From IMG/VR virus record IMGVR_UViG_2684623127_000005: DNA of 64,000 bases; one strand, written 5' to 3'. The notes below the pieces were generated by a model. The model worked only from the letters and a program-made list of their open reading frames with translations, was not told where the DNA came from and made no database searches. Source of the DNA: a virus (Duplodnaviria; Heunggongvirae; Uroviricota; Caudoviricetes). A program made the translations under genes and the position numbers. This document shows positions 46,746 to 57,247 of the stretch, piece by piece. Position 1 is the first letter of the stretch. Every line of letters starts with the position of its first letter.

Positions 46746-48714
46746 ATCCTGGTTCAGGATGCTGGCGGGTAGTCAGGGTGAGGCAGATATTTATATTTAT
46801 GACGAGATTGGTTTCTGGGGAGTTACCGCGAAGCAGTTTGTCAGCGATATGAATGCCCTGGGTGATATCACCCACATTAATCTCCATATCAATTCACCGG
46901 GTGGCGATGTCTTTGAAGGCATCGCCATTTTTAATGCCCTGAAAAATCAGGGGGCGACCATTACCGTGTATGTGGATGGCGTTGCCGCCTCGATGGCATC
47001 TGTGATTGCGATGGCCGGTGATACGGTCATTATGCCGGAAAATGCCTTCATGATGATCCATAAGCCATGGGGATTCAGTGGCGGGGATGCTGAGGATATG
47101 CGCAGTTATGCCGATTTGCTGGATAAAGTCGAATCGGTACTGTTGCCAGCCTATGCGCAGAAAACCGGAAAAACCACCGATGAAATTGCCGCCATGCTGG
47201 CGGATGAAACCTGGATGTCCGGTGCCGAATGTCTGGCACACGGATTTGCTGACCAGGTGACACCCGCTGTTGAGGCAATGGCATGTATTCAGTCAAAACG
47301 TACAGAGGAATTTAAAAAGATGCCGGAATCCATCCGAAACATGATTACTCCGCCACGCAACAGTGCCCCGCGTGATACCACAGTGACAATCCCTGCACCG
47401 GCGGTAACAGAACCATCACCGGTACCGGCAGTGTCTGATGAGGCGACCATTCGCGCCCGCGTTATGGCAGAACAGAAAGCCCGCATGTCAGGCATTAACG
47501 ATCTGTTTGCCATGTTCGGTGGTCGCTATCAGACGCTTCAGGCACAGTGCGTGGCTGATCCTGACTGTTCGCTGGAAATGGCCCGTGAACGACTGCTGAA
47601 TGAAATGGGCAAGGAGTCCTCGCCGACCAACAAAAATACACCGGCCCATATTTATGCCGGAAACGGCAATTTTGTGGGGGACGGGATCCGCCAGGCGATG
47701 CTGGCCCGTGCCGGATTTGAAAATGTCGAGAAGGATAACGCCTATAACGGGATGACCCTGCGTGAATGGGCTCGCATGTCACTGACGGAGCGCGGTATTG
47801 GGGTGGCCAGTTATAACCCCATGCAGATGGTCGGGCTGGCGCTGACGCACAGCACCTCTGATTTTGGCAATATTCTGCTGGATGTGTCGAACAAGGGGCT
47901 GATCCAGGGCTGGGAGGAATCAGAAGAAACCTTCCAGAAGTGGACCCGTAAGGGACGCCTGTCAGACTTCAAAACAGCGTATCGCGTGGGGATGGGCGGT
48001 TTTGGTTCTCTGCGCCAGGTTCGTGAGGGGGCGGAGTATAAATACATCACCACCTCAGATCGCAAGGAGACCATTGCACTGGCCACTTACGGGGAGATTT
48101 TCTCCATCACCCGCCAGGCCATTATCAATGATGATCTGAATATGCTGGTGGACGTGCCGATGAAGATGGGGCGTGCGGCGAAGGCAACGATTGGTGACCT
48201 GGTCTACAAGGTGCTGACGGATAACCCGAAACTGTCCGACGGTAAGGCGCTGTTCCATGCCGATCACAAAAATATTGCCACCGGGGGGATCTCCGTTTCC
48301 GGACTGGATGCGGCCCGTCAGATGATGCGCCTGCAGAAAGAAGGCGATCGTGCCCTGAATATCCGTCCGGCCTTTATGCTGGTACCGGTGGCACTGGAGA
48401 CGGTGGCGAACCAGACCATCAAATCGGCCAGTGTGAAAGGGGCGGATGCAAACGCCGGTGTCATTAACCCTATCCAGAACTTTGCTGAGGTGATTGCAGA
48501 AGCGCGTCTTGATGCGGCAGACCCGAAAACCTGGTATCTGGCGGCGGCACAGGGCACTGACACCATTGAAGTGGCCTGGCTGGATGGTGTGGACACGCCA
48601 TACATTGATCAGCAGGAAGGTTTCACCACTGACGGCATTGCCACAAAAATCCGTATTGATGCCGGAGTGGCACCACTTGACTGGCGCGGGCTGGTGCGTT
48701 CGTCGGTGGCCTGA
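46690..48714 (+). CDS. prohead protease / scaffold / major capsid fusion protein (copy 2)
   Basis: Near-identical to 701..2725. Confidence 0.7.
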   Translation: MPELNNSVSRPPTASMKNKSWFRMLAGSQGEADIYIYDEIGFWGVTAKQFVSDMNALGDITHINLHINSPGGDVFEGIAIFNALKNQGATITVYVDGVAASMASVIAMAGDTVIMPENAFMMIHKPWGFSGGDAEDMRSYADLLDKVESVLLPAYAQKTGKTTDEIAAMLADETWMSGAECLAHGFADQVTPAVEAMACIQSKRTEEFKKMPESIRNMITPPRNSAPRDTTVTIPAPAVTEPSPVPAVSDEATIRARVMAEQKARMSGINDLFAMFGGRYQTLQAQCVADPDCSLEMARERLLNEMGKESSPTNKNTPAHIYAGNGNFVGDGIRQAMLARAGFENVEKDNAYNGMTLREWARMSLTERGIGVASYNPMQMVGLALTHSTSDFGNILLDVSNKGLIQGWEESEETFQKWTRKGRLSDFKTAYRVGMGGFGSLRQVREGAEYKYITTSDRKETIALATYGEIFSITRQAIINDDLNMLVDVPMKMGRAAKATIGDLVYKVLTDNPKLSDGKALFHADHKNIATGGISVSGLDAARQMMRLQKEGDRALNIRPAFMLVPVALETVANQTIKSASVKGADANAGVINPIQNFAEVIAEARLDAADPKTWYLAAAQGTDTIEVAWLDGVDTPYIDQQEGFTTDGIATKIRIDAGVAPLDWRGLVRSSVA

Positions 48715-48736
48715 TAACCGCGTTATCACAATCACT

Positions 48737-48755
48737 GCCCGAAAGGGCTTTTTTT
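48737..48755 (+). terminator. rho-independent terminator after capsid gene (copy 2)
   Basis: GCCCGAAAGGGC + T7. Confidence 0.6.
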
Positions 48756-48801
48756 ATGCCTGAAAAACAGCCCCACAGGGGCTGTCCGGAGAAACAGCAT
48801 T

Positions 48802-49128
48802 ATGGCGAAAAATTTTGTACAGGACGGTACCACCATTGAACTGGTGAATGCCGGAGATCAGACCATCCTGAGCGGTGCTGCGGTGGTGGTCGGCAGTATG
48901 GTGGCCGTGGCCATTACCGATATTCCTGCCGGTGAGGCCGGTGACGGTTTTGCCGAAGGCGTGTTCCTGCTGCCCAAACAGTCTGCTGACGACATTCAGT
49001 CCGGCGCGGTGGTTTATCTGAAGGACGGGGTTGTGCAGCTGGCTGCAGACGGTGCGGTGGCAGCGGGGGTAGCCTGGGAAAATGCCCCTGCAAACAGCGC
49101 CACTGTGGCGGTAAAAATCAATGTCTGA
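48802..49128 (+). CDS. small head-associated structural protein (copy 2)
   Basis: Identical to 2813..3139. Confidence 0.45.
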   Translation: MAKNFVQDGTTIELVNAGDQTILSGAAVVVGSMVAVAITDIPAGEAGDGFAEGVFLLPKQSADDIQSGAVVYLKDGVVQLAADGAVAAGVAWENAPANSATVAVKINV

Positions 49129-49402
49129 TCTGTTTACGCGAATGTGTTGCCGGATGGACGTGGCGACCGTTCGGGTGATGGGCAAACAGGCGGAGATTAA
49201 CGGCGTCGTGTACGACGTGATGCCGGAGGAAGAGTCCGCGGAGATGGGGGCGCTTTCGGGCAGCCAGTTGTCACTGGTGGTGTTTTCAGCCCGGTACCGT
49301 CCGGCCCGTCATGATGTTGTTGTGTTTGCGGGGCGCACACTGACGGTGACCCGTTATGACACGTACAACGGTAAACCCCGGATTTTTGTCGAACAGGAAT
49401 GA
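49121..49402 (+). CDS. head-tail joining protein, putative (copy 2)
   Basis: Identical to 3132..3413. Confidence 0.45.
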   Translation: MSDLFTRMCCRMDVATVRVMGKQAEINGVVYDVMPEEESAEMGALSGSQLSLVVFSARYRPARHDVVVFAGRTLTVTRYDTYNGKPRIFVEQE

Positions 49403-49404
49403 GT

Positions 49405-50028
49405 ATGGCAATAAAAGGTCTGGCGCAGGCCATGAAAAATCTGGATGCAATTGATCGCCGTGCCGTTCCCCGGGCCTCTGCCACGACACTGAACCGAGTG
49501 GCGGGGGCCATTATTGCGAAAACGGCCTCTTCAGTTGCCAGGGAGCTGGCCGTTCCCCGTCGTCTTATCCGTGCCCGCATCCGGTTAAGTCCGGCACGAC
49601 CGGATAAGGTTTACGCAAAGGTTTACATCAATACCGGCAACCTGCCCGCCATCAAACTGGGGGAGGCCCGCGTTCGACTTTCCCGCAGAAAACGGAGAAA
49701 GAAAGGACAGCGTGCGGCCCTGAAAGGGGGCGGCAGTGTGCTGATTGTGGGGAAAAGACGGATCCCGGACGCCTTTATCACCCGGCTGGCTAACGGACGC
49801 TGGCATGTGATGCAGCGTATGCCGTGGGCATCATCATCCACCGGCGCGGACAGCAAAGGGAGGCCGAAACGCCACCGTCTGCCGATCGAAGTGGTGAAGA
49901 TTACGACTGCCGGACCGCTGGCAGAAACCTTTGAACGTGAACGGGACCGGATGTACCGGGAAAAATTACCGGCGCAGATGATGAAAGCCATGACGCATCA
50001 GTTACGCCTGGTGCTGAAAAGAAAATGA
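49405..50028 (+). CDS. Z: tail completion protein Z (copy 2)
   Basis: Identical to copy 1. Confidence 0.85.
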   Translation: MAIKGLAQAMKNLDAIDRRAVPRASATTLNRVAGAIIAKTASSVARELAVPRRLIRARIRLSPARPDKVYAKVYINTGNLPAIKLGEARVRLSRRKRRKKGQRAALKGGGSVLIVGKRRIPDAFITRLANGRWHVMQRMPWASSSTGADSKGRPKRHRLPIEVVKITTAGPLAETFERERDRMYREKLPAQMMKAMTHQLRLVLKRK

Positions 50029-50040
50029 CTGGGAGGGTGT

Positions 50041-50439
50041 ATGAAACACCGTGAAATACGGGCGGCAGTTCTGTCTGCCCTGAAAGAAAATATTTCTGAG
50101 AGGGTGAGCTGGTTTGACGGTCGCCCGGTTTTTATTGATGAACAGGAACTGCCTGCTGTTGCTGTTTACCTGACAGATGCGTCTGCTGCTGACGAGTTCG
50201 TTGATGAGGGAACCTGGGAGGCGACACTGCATATTGAGGTTTTTCTCAGGGCAAAAGAACCGGACTCGGCACTGGATATGTGGATGGAAGAAAAAATTCT
50301 TCCTGCGCTGGAGGCAGTTCCCGGGCTCAGTGCATTACTGCTGAAGATGAATCTTCAGGGGTATGACTACCGCCGGGATGATGAGTTTATGATGTGGGGA
50401 TCGGCAGATCTCCTGTGGAAAATTACCTACGAGATGTGA
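50041..50439 (+). CDS. U: tail terminator protein U (copy 2)
   Basis: Identical to copy 1. Confidence 0.9.
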   Translation: MKHREIRAAVLSALKENISERVSWFDGRPVFIDEQELPAVAVYLTDASAADEFVDEGTWEATLHIEVFLRAKEPDSALDMWMEEKILPALEAVPGLSALLLKMNLQGYDYRRDDEFMMWGSADLLWKITYEM

Positions 50440-50446
50440 GGACGAT

Positions 50447-51199
50447 ATGGCAACACCAAATCCCCTTGAGCCGGTAAAAGGTGCCGGTACCACTCTGTGG
50501 GTTTACAACGGCAAGGGTGATGCTTATGCAAACCCGTTGTCAGACGATGACTGGCAGCGACTGGCTAAGGTGAAGGATCTGACGCCGGGCGAGATGACGG
50601 CAGAACCCTACGATGATAACTACCTGGATGATGAAGACGCGGACTGGACCGCGACCGGGCAGGGGCAGAAGTCTGCAGGAGATACCAGTTTTACGCTGGC
50701 CTGGAAACCGGGAGAAGAAGGTCAGAAAGGGCTTATAGGCTGGTTTGAAAGCGGGGATGTGCGGGCCTATAAAATCCGTTTCCCAAATGGCACGGTGGAT
50801 GTGTTCCGTGGCTGGGTCAGCAGTATCGGTAAGGCCGTGACGGCGAAAGAAGTGATCACCCGCACGGTGAAAGTCACTAACGTGGGCAAACCTTCCGTGG
50901 CGGAAGAACGCAGCGAAATTACGCCGGCCACTGCAATTAAGGTGACACCGACATCCGGTACGGTGGCAAAAGGGAAAACAACCACCCTGACGGTTTCTTT
51001 TGAGCCGGAAAGTGCAACCGACAAGACGTTCAGAGCGGTTTCCGCCGATCCGTCGAAAGCCACCATTAGTGTGAAAGATATGACAATTACGGTAAACGGC
51101 GTGGCGACAGGTAAGGTGCAGATCCCTGTGGTGAGCGGAAATGGTCAGTTCGCCGCAGTGGCTGAAGTCACCGTTACTGAAGCGGGCGCTGCAGGGTAA
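50447..51199 (+). CDS. V: major tail protein V (copy 2)
   Basis: Identical to copy 1. Confidence 0.9.
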   Translation: MATPNPLEPVKGAGTTLWVYNGKGDAYANPLSDDDWQRLAKVKDLTPGEMTAEPYDDNYLDDEDADWTATGQGQKSAGDTSFTLAWKPGEEGQKGLIGWFESGDVRAYKIRFPNGTVDVFRGWVSSIGKAVTAKEVITRTVKVTNVGKPSVAEERSEITPATAIKVTPTSGTVAKGKTTTLTVSFEPESATDKTFRAVSADPSKATISVKDMTITVNGVATGKVQIPVVSGNGQFAAVAEVTVTEAGAAG

Positions 51200-51212
51200 A
51201 CGGAGGTAATAC

Positions 51213-51635
51213 ATGTTTCTGAAAACAGAACAATTTGAATATAACGGTGTGTCCGTCACGCTGTCGGAGCTGTCTGCGCTGCAGCGGTTTGATTATATGA
51301 AGTTTGTTTCAGACGCAGCACAACAGGAGACAACGAAGCATAATGCCGTGCACATTAACCAGCGATATCTGGAAACGGCATCCCTGCTTGTGGCGATGTC
51401 GCTATGGCATTCCCATTCCCTCAAAGGCACTCTGGCCTCTCCGGAGACAGAGATGCAGCAGATCCGCCGTGAAGTGATGCTGGGATGGCCTGCTGATGCA
51501 CTGAATCAGGCAACGAACCGGGTGCTTTATCTTTCAGGTATGCTGGATAACCGGCACGATGCCGATCCTGAACCAACCGGGAAAGCAGAAGCGACAGAGC
51601 CGGTAACATCAAAAAAGCATTCGAAGGTGAGCTGA
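51213..51635 (+). CDS. G: tail assembly chaperone G (copy 2)
   Basis: Near-identical to copy 1. Confidence 0.85.
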   Translation: MFLKTEQFEYNGVSVTLSELSALQRFDYMKFVSDAAQQETTKHNAVHINQRYLETASLLVAMSLWHSHSLKGTLASPETEMQQIRREVMLGWPADALNQATNRVLYLSGMLDNRHDADPEPTGKAEATEPVTSKKHSKVS

Positions 51636-51970
51636 ACTTTGTCCTGAAACTGGCGCGTGAGATGGGGAGAGCCGACTGGCGCGCCATGCTTGCCGGGATG
51701 ACATCCACCGAATATGCCGACTGGCGACGTTTTTACTGCACGCATTATTTTCAGGATACCCAGCTGGATATGCATTTTTCCGGGCTGACGTACGCCGTAC
51801 TCAGCCTGTTTTTTTGCGATCCGGATATGCATCCGGCGGATTTCAGCCTGTTCGCTCCGGAGGCAGAGGAAGGACAGGCGGAGACGCCGGACGAAAATGA
51901 TGTACTGATGCAGAAGGCGGCGGGCCTCGCCGGTGGAGTCCGTTTCGGGGAGGAGGGAAGGAGGTTGTGA
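51213..51970 (+). CDS. T: tail assembly chaperone G-T frameshift product (copy 2)
   Basis: Slippery A_AAA_AAG at 51611-51617; -1 frame open to 51970. Confidence 0.7.
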
Positions 51971-52013
51971 CAGTTATTGATGGTATCAGAGGACATTTCA
52001 GGAGGTGACCACG

Positions 52014-54659
52014 ATGGCAGGTAATTTTGCCGATCTGACAGCCGTGCTGACACTGGATTCTGCCCGTTTTTCTGAAGAGGCAGCGCGGGTAAAAAAAGAG
52101 CTGGGTGAAACCAGTGCGCTTGCTGATTTGATGTCCGGGAAAGTCAGTCAGTCTTTCAGAAAACAGGCTGATGCTGCTGAGCAGAGTCTGAGCCGACAGG
52201 CGCTGGCTGCACAAAAAGCCGGGATATCAGTCGGACAGTATAAGGCTGCCATGCGCACACTGCCCGCACAGTTCACGGATATTGTCACTCAGCTTGCCGG
52301 TGGTCAGAATCCCTTCCTTATCATGCTGCAGCAGGGGGGGCAGATCAGCGATTCATTCGGTGGACCGCTCAGCCTGCTTACCCTGCTGAAGGAGGAACTT
52401 CTCGGGATCAGGGATGCCTCTGAATCATCAGAGGAGTCGCTGTCAGATACGGCAAATGCACTGGCTGAAAATGCCCGGAATGCCGGTGAGCTGGGACGAT
52501 TTATGTCGGTGGCCCGTGTGGCGGCAGGTGGCGGGGTTGCCGTACTGGCCGCGCTTGCTGCCGCCGCCTGGCAGGCAGAGCAGGCTGACCGGGCCTTATT
52601 GCGTTCACTGATCCTGACCGGAGGGGCGGCTGCCACCACAACGGCAGAATTGTGGAAAATGGCCGGGGTGATCAGCGATGAAGCCGGTGGTGGTATCAGA
52701 CAGGCGGCAGAAAATCTGGCCCGTCTGGCAGAAAGCGGGAAATATACCGCCGGGCAGCTACGGATCATGGGGGAAACCTCTCAGAGATGGCTGCAGACGG
52801 TGGGGGACGATGCCGGGAAGGTGGAAAAAGCCTTTGAAGGGATTGCAGCAGATCCGGTGAAGGCGCTGGCCTCCCTGAATCAGCAGTATAACTTCCTGAG
52901 CGTTTCCCAGTTACGCCATATTGATGAGCTTGAGCGCACGAAAGGTAAACAGGCTGCGGTGACGGAGGCGATGTCCCTGTTTGCGGATGTCATGAATGCA
53001 CGTCTGGAGCAACTTGATAAAGCGGCCACGCCGGTGGAAAAAATCTGGGACGATGTTAAAACCTGGACTTCTGACGCATGGGCATGGATAGGTGATCATA
53101 CACTGGGGGCACTCAGTCTGATCACTGACGTGGTGGCCGGAACCGTTGAACAGGTGAAGCTGCTGCTTGTGCAGGGGGATCTGGCGCTGGCTGAATTTAT
53201 TCAGTCAGCCTGGGAAACGACAAAGAATGTGCCCGGCGTTGGTGCGTTGTTTGGTGAACTGGCAGAAGAGAACCGCGTATTTATTGAGAAAACAAAACGC
53301 GATGAACTGGCGCTGAGAAAATCCATTGCGGAACGGGATGCGCGTATACGCCAGGGGGAAATGGGGTACATCAACCGCTCGCGTGCAACAGGCGTCAGCA
53401 AAGGTCCTGGGCAGCAGGAAGCCGTCAGCCGTCTGGCTGAAGAGCTGACAGGTAAAAAGCATACATCACCGAAAACGCGCTCTGCCGGGGAGAGGGAAGA
53501 GGAGCAGGCAAGAGAGGCTCTGCTTGCCCTTGAAGCTGAGCTCAGGACGCTGGAAAAACACAGCGGTGCGAATGAGAAAATTAGCCGGCAGCGCCGTGAT
53601 TTATGGAAGGCGGAAAGTCAGTATGCGGTCCTGAAAGAGGCTGCCACGAAACGGCAGTTATCCGGGCAGGAAAAATCCCTGCTGGCCCATGAGAAAGAGA
53701 CGCTGGAGTACAAACGCCAGCTGGCTGACCTGGGCGACAAGGTTGAACACCAGAAACGCCTGAATGAGCTGGCACAGCAGGCGGTGCGGTTTGAAGAGCA
53801 GCAGAGCGCGAAGCAGGCCGCCATCAGCGCAAAAGCCCGCGGTCTCACTGACCGTCAGGCGCAGCGGGAGTCTGAAGCGCAGCGTCTTCGGGACGTGTAC
53901 GGTGATAATCCGCAGGCGCTGGCCCGGGTCACCGGGGCACTGAAACAGACATGGGCGGATGAAGACATGCTGCGCGGTGACTGGCTGGCCGGGCTGAAGT
54001 CCGGCTGGGGGGAGTGGGCGGAAAGTGCGACGGACAGTTTTTCGCAGGTTAAAAGTGCTGCCACGCAGACCTTTGACGGTATTGCACAGAATATGGCGGC
54101 GATGCTGACCGGTGCAGAGGCAGACTGGCGGGGATTCACCCGTTCGGTGCTGTCCATGATGACAGAAATCCTGCTTAAACAGGCCATGGTGGGCATTGTC
54201 GGGCGTATCGGCAGCGCCATTGGCGGTGCTTTCGGTGGTGGTGCATCTGCTTCCTCGGGGACGGCCATTGAGGCTGCGGCGGCGAACTTCCATTTCGCGA
54301 CCGGAGGATTTACGGGGACGGGCGGCAAATATGAGCCTGCGGGGATAGTTCACCGCGGGGAGTTTGTTTTCACGAAAGAGGCAACCAGCCGGATAGGTGT
54401 GGGGAATCTTTACCGTCTGATGCGCGGCTATGCGGAAGGTGGTTATGTGGGTGGTGCCGGAAGTCCGGCGCAGATGCGGCGGGCGGAAGGTATTAATTTT
54501 AATCAGAACAATCACGTGGTGATTCAGAACGACGGTATCAACGGACAGGCGGGGCCGCAGCTGATGAAGGCGGTGTATGACATGGCCCGCAAGGGGGCGC
54601 AGGATGAACTCCGGCTGCAGTTGCGTGATGGCGGTATGTTATCAGGGAGCGGGCGATGA
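52014..54659 (+). CDS. H: tail tape measure protein H (copy 2)
   Basis: Near-identical to copy 1 with scattered substitutions in C-terminal third. Confidence 0.9.
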   Translation: MAGNFADLTAVLTLDSARFSEEAARVKKELGETSALADLMSGKVSQSFRKQADAAEQSLSRQALAAQKAGISVGQYKAAMRTLPAQFTDIVTQLAGGQNPFLIMLQQGGQISDSFGGPLSLLTLLKEELLGIRDASESSEESLSDTANALAENARNAGELGRFMSVARVAAGGGVAVLAALAAAAWQAEQADRALLRSLILTGGAAATTTAELWKMAGVISDEAGGGIRQAAENLARLAESGKYTAGQLRIMGETSQRWLQTVGDDAGKVEKAFEGIAADPVKALASLNQQYNFLSVSQLRHIDELERTKGKQAAVTEAMSLFADVMNARLEQLDKAATPVEKIWDDVKTWTSDAWAWIGDHTLGALSLITDVVAGTVEQVKLLLVQGDLALAEFIQSAWETTKNVPGVGALFGELAEENRVFIEKTKRDELALRKSIAERDARIRQGEMGYINRSRATGVSKGPGQQEAVSRLAEELTGKKHTSPKTRSAGEREEEQAREALLALEAELRTLEKHSGANEKISRQRRDLWKAESQYAVLKEAATKRQLSGQEKSLLAHEKETLEYKRQLADLGDKVEHQKRLNELAQQAVRFEEQQSAKQAAISAKARGLTDRQAQRESEAQRLRDVYGDNPQALARVTGALKQTWADEDMLRGDWLAGLKSGWGEWAESATDSFSQVKSAATQTFDGIAQNMAAMLTGAEADWRGFTRSVLSMMTEILLKQAMVGIVGRIGSAIGGAFGGGASASSGTAIEAAAANFHFATGGFTGTGGKYEPAGIVHRGEFVFTKEATSRIGVGNLYRLMRGYAEGGYVGGAGSPAQMRRAEGINFNQNNHVVIQNDGINGQAGPQLMKAVYDMARKGAQDELRLQLRDGGMLSGSGR

Positions 54660-54985
54660 AAACCTTTCGCTGGAAAGTGAAGCCGGATATGGAGGTGAAC
54701 TCGCAGCCATCGGTGCGTGAAGTGCGTTTTGGTGACGGGTACTCACAGCGTATGGCGGCAGGGCTGAATGCTGACCTGAAAACATACCGGGTGACGCTTT
54801 CCGTGACCCGGGAGGAGGCCCGGCATCTGGAAGCGTTTCTGGCAGAGCACGGGGGCTGGAAGGCATTTTTGTGGAAGCCACCCTATGCATACCGGCAGAT
54901 AAAGGTGACCTGTGCCGGGTGGTCTGCGCGGGTCGGGATGTTGCGCGTTGAGTTCAGCGCGGAGTTTAAGCAGGTGGTGAACTGA
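54656..54985 (+). CDS. M: minor tail protein M (copy 2)
   Basis: Identical protein to copy 1. Confidence 0.9.
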   Translation: MKTFRWKVKPDMEVNSQPSVREVRFGDGYSQRMAAGLNADLKTYRVTLSVTREEARHLEAFLAEHGGWKAFLWKPPYAYRQIKVTCAGWSARVGMLRVEFSAEFKQVVN

Positions 54986-55683
54986 TGCAGGACATTCATG
55001 AAGAAAGTCTGAACGAGTCGGTTAAATCAGAGCACTCACCGCGGGTGGTGCTCTGGGAAATCGACCTGACGGTGCAGGGCGGTGAGCGGTATTTTTTCTG
55101 CAATGAGCTGAATGAAAAAAGGGAGCCGGTGACCTGGCAGGGGCGGCAATATCAGGCGTACCCGATTGAGGGCAGTGGCTTTGAGATGAACGGAAAGGGC
55201 AGCAGTGCCCGCCCGTCGCTGACGGTGTCCAATCTGTTCGGTCTTGTCACCGGGATGGCGGAGGATTTGCAGAGCCTGGTGGGTGCCACGGTGGTCCGCC
55301 GCCGGGTGTATGCGCGTTTTCTGGATGCGGTGAACTTTGTGGCAGGCAATCCGGAGGCCGACCCGGAGCAGGAGCTGAGCGACCGCTGGGTGGTGGAGCA
55401 GATGTCATCGCTGACGGCCATGACGGCCTCGTTTGTGCTGGCCACACCGACCGAGACGGACGGGGCGCTGTTTCCCGGTCGCATCATGCTGGCGAACACC
55501 TGTATGTGGACCTACCGCTCTGATGAGTGTGGTTACACGGGCGGGGCGGTGGCGGATGAGTTCGACAACCCCACCACGGATATCCGGAAGGACAGATGCA
55601 GTAAATGCATGCGCGGGTGTGAGATGCGCGGCATGGTGGCTAATTTCGGCGGTTTCCTTTCCATTAACAAACTTTCGCAGTAA
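54985..55683 (+). CDS. L: minor tail protein L (copy 2)
   Basis: Near-identical to copy 1. Confidence 0.9.
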   Translation: MQDIHEESLNESVKSEHSPRVVLWEIDLTVQGGERYFFCNELNEKREPVTWQGRQYQAYPIEGSGFEMNGKGSSARPSLTVSNLFGLVTGMAEDLQSLVGATVVRRRVYARFLDAVNFVAGNPEADPEQELSDRWVVEQMSSLTAMTASFVLATPTETDGALFPGRIMLANTCMWTYRSDECGYTGGAVADEFDNPTTDIRKDRCSKCMRGCEMRGMVANFGGFLSINKLSQ

Positions 55684-55688
55684 ATCCA

Positions 55689-56432
55689 ATGACACAGACA
55701 GAATCAGCGATTCTGGCGCATGCCCGGCGGTGTGTGCCTGCGGAGTCGTGCGGCTTCGTGGTGAGAACGCCGGAGGGGGAGCGGTATATCCCTTGTGTGA
55801 ATATCTCTGCAGAGCCGGAGGCGTATTTTCGTATTGCACCGGAAGACTGGCTGCGGGCAGAGATGCAGGGGGAGATTGTGGCACTGGTCCACAGTCATCC
55901 CGGTGGTCTGCCCTGGCTGAGCGAGGCCGACCGGCGGCTGCAGATAAAAAGTGCACTGTCCTGGTGGCTGGTCTGCCGGGGGGAAATTCATAAATTCCGC
56001 TGTGTGCCACATCTGACAGGACGGCGCTTTGAGCACGGGGTGACGGACTGTTACACGCTGTTCCGGGATGCTTATCATCTGGCGGGGACTGAAATGCCGG
56101 ATTTTGAGCGTGAGGATGACTGGTGGCGCAACGGTCAGAACCTTTACCTGGACAATATGGCGGTCACCGGCTTTTACCGGGTGCCCCTGTCCTCTGCACA
56201 GGCGGGCGATATTCTGCTGTGCTGCTTTGGTGCTTCGGTACCGAACCATGCCGCCATTTACTGCGGCAACGGTGAGCTGCTTCACCATCTGCCTGAACAA
56301 CTGAGTAAACGGGAGAGGTATTCCGAAAAATGGCAACGACGAACGCATTCTGTCTGGCGTCACCGCCACTGGCACGCATCTGCCTTCACGGGGATTTGCA
56401 ACGATTTGGCCGCCGCCTCAGCCTGTACGTGA
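55689..56432 (+). CDS. K: tail assembly protein K (copy 2)
   Basis: Near-identical to copy 1. Confidence 0.9.
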   Translation: MTQTESAILAHARRCVPAESCGFVVRTPEGERYIPCVNISAEPEAYFRIAPEDWLRAEMQGEIVALVHSHPGGLPWLSEADRRLQIKSALSWWLVCRGEIHKFRCVPHLTGRRFEHGVTDCYTLFRDAYHLAGTEMPDFEREDDWWRNGQNLYLDNMAVTGFYRVPLSSAQAGDILLCCFGASVPNHAAIYCGNGELLHHLPEQLSKRERYSEKWQRRTHSVWRHRHWHASAFTGICNDLAAASACT

Positions 56433-57007
56433 ACACGGCAGCGGAAGCCATCCGTGCCCTGTCGCTGCAGATGCCGGGATTCCGCCGTCAGATGAACGAA
56501 GGCTGGTACCAGATACGTATTCGCGGTGAGGACACGGCACCGGAGGCGGTGTACGCCCGTCTTCACGAACCTCTGGGTGAGGGGGCGGTCATCCATATTG
56601 TGCCGCGACTGGCCGGAGCCGGAAAGGGTGGACTGCAGATTGTGCTGGGGGCGGCAGCCATCGTGGGCTCTTTCTTCACTGCCGGGGCATCAATGGCGTT
56701 ATGGGGTTCAGCCCTGGCAGCCGGTGGTTTTTCTGCCACCACGATGCTGTTTTCTCTGGGGGCCAGCATGATTCTGGGTGGTGTGGCCCAGATGCTGGCC
56801 CCGAAGGCAAAAACACCGGATTACCGCGCAACGGATAACGGCAGACAGAACACGTACTTTTCGTCACTGGACAACATGATTGCCCAGGGTAACCCGATGC
56901 CGGTGCCTTATGGTGAAATGCTGGTTGGTTCACGACGGATATCCCAGGACATCAGCACCCGTGATGAGGGCGGAGACGGGAAAGTGGTGGTTATCGGGCG
57001 GGGATGA
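56330..57007 (+). CDS. I: tail assembly protein I (copy 2)
   Basis: Near-identical to copy 1. Confidence 0.85.
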   Translation: MATTNAFCLASPPLARICLHGDLQRFGRRLSLYVNTAAEAIRALSLQMPGFRRQMNEGWYQIRIRGEDTAPEAVYARLHEPLGEGAVIHIVPRLAGAGKGGLQIVLGAAAIVGSFFTAGASMALWGSALAAGGFSATTMLFSLGASMILGGVAQMLAPKAKTPDYRATDNGRQNTYFSSLDNMIAQGNPMPVPYGEMLVGSRRISQDISTRDEGGDGKVVVIGRG

Positions 57008-57247
57008 AAATAAAAAAATCCCGCAGAGTTAGCGGAGCTGCGGGAGAGAACGATGAAGATTAACGTTATGGAGTTATTTTTCAGGCATCAAAAAAGTAAC
57101 GCAGCGTCATTATTGCGGCTACAGGCAATTGCCGGAAATGTGAAGAGTTTCAGAAATTTTATTCCGTCATGACACAGGCACCCTCCGGGGTGCCTGTTGT
57201 TTTCTGGCATAAACAGATTCAGACATCAGACAGGAGAGGGGGACAGA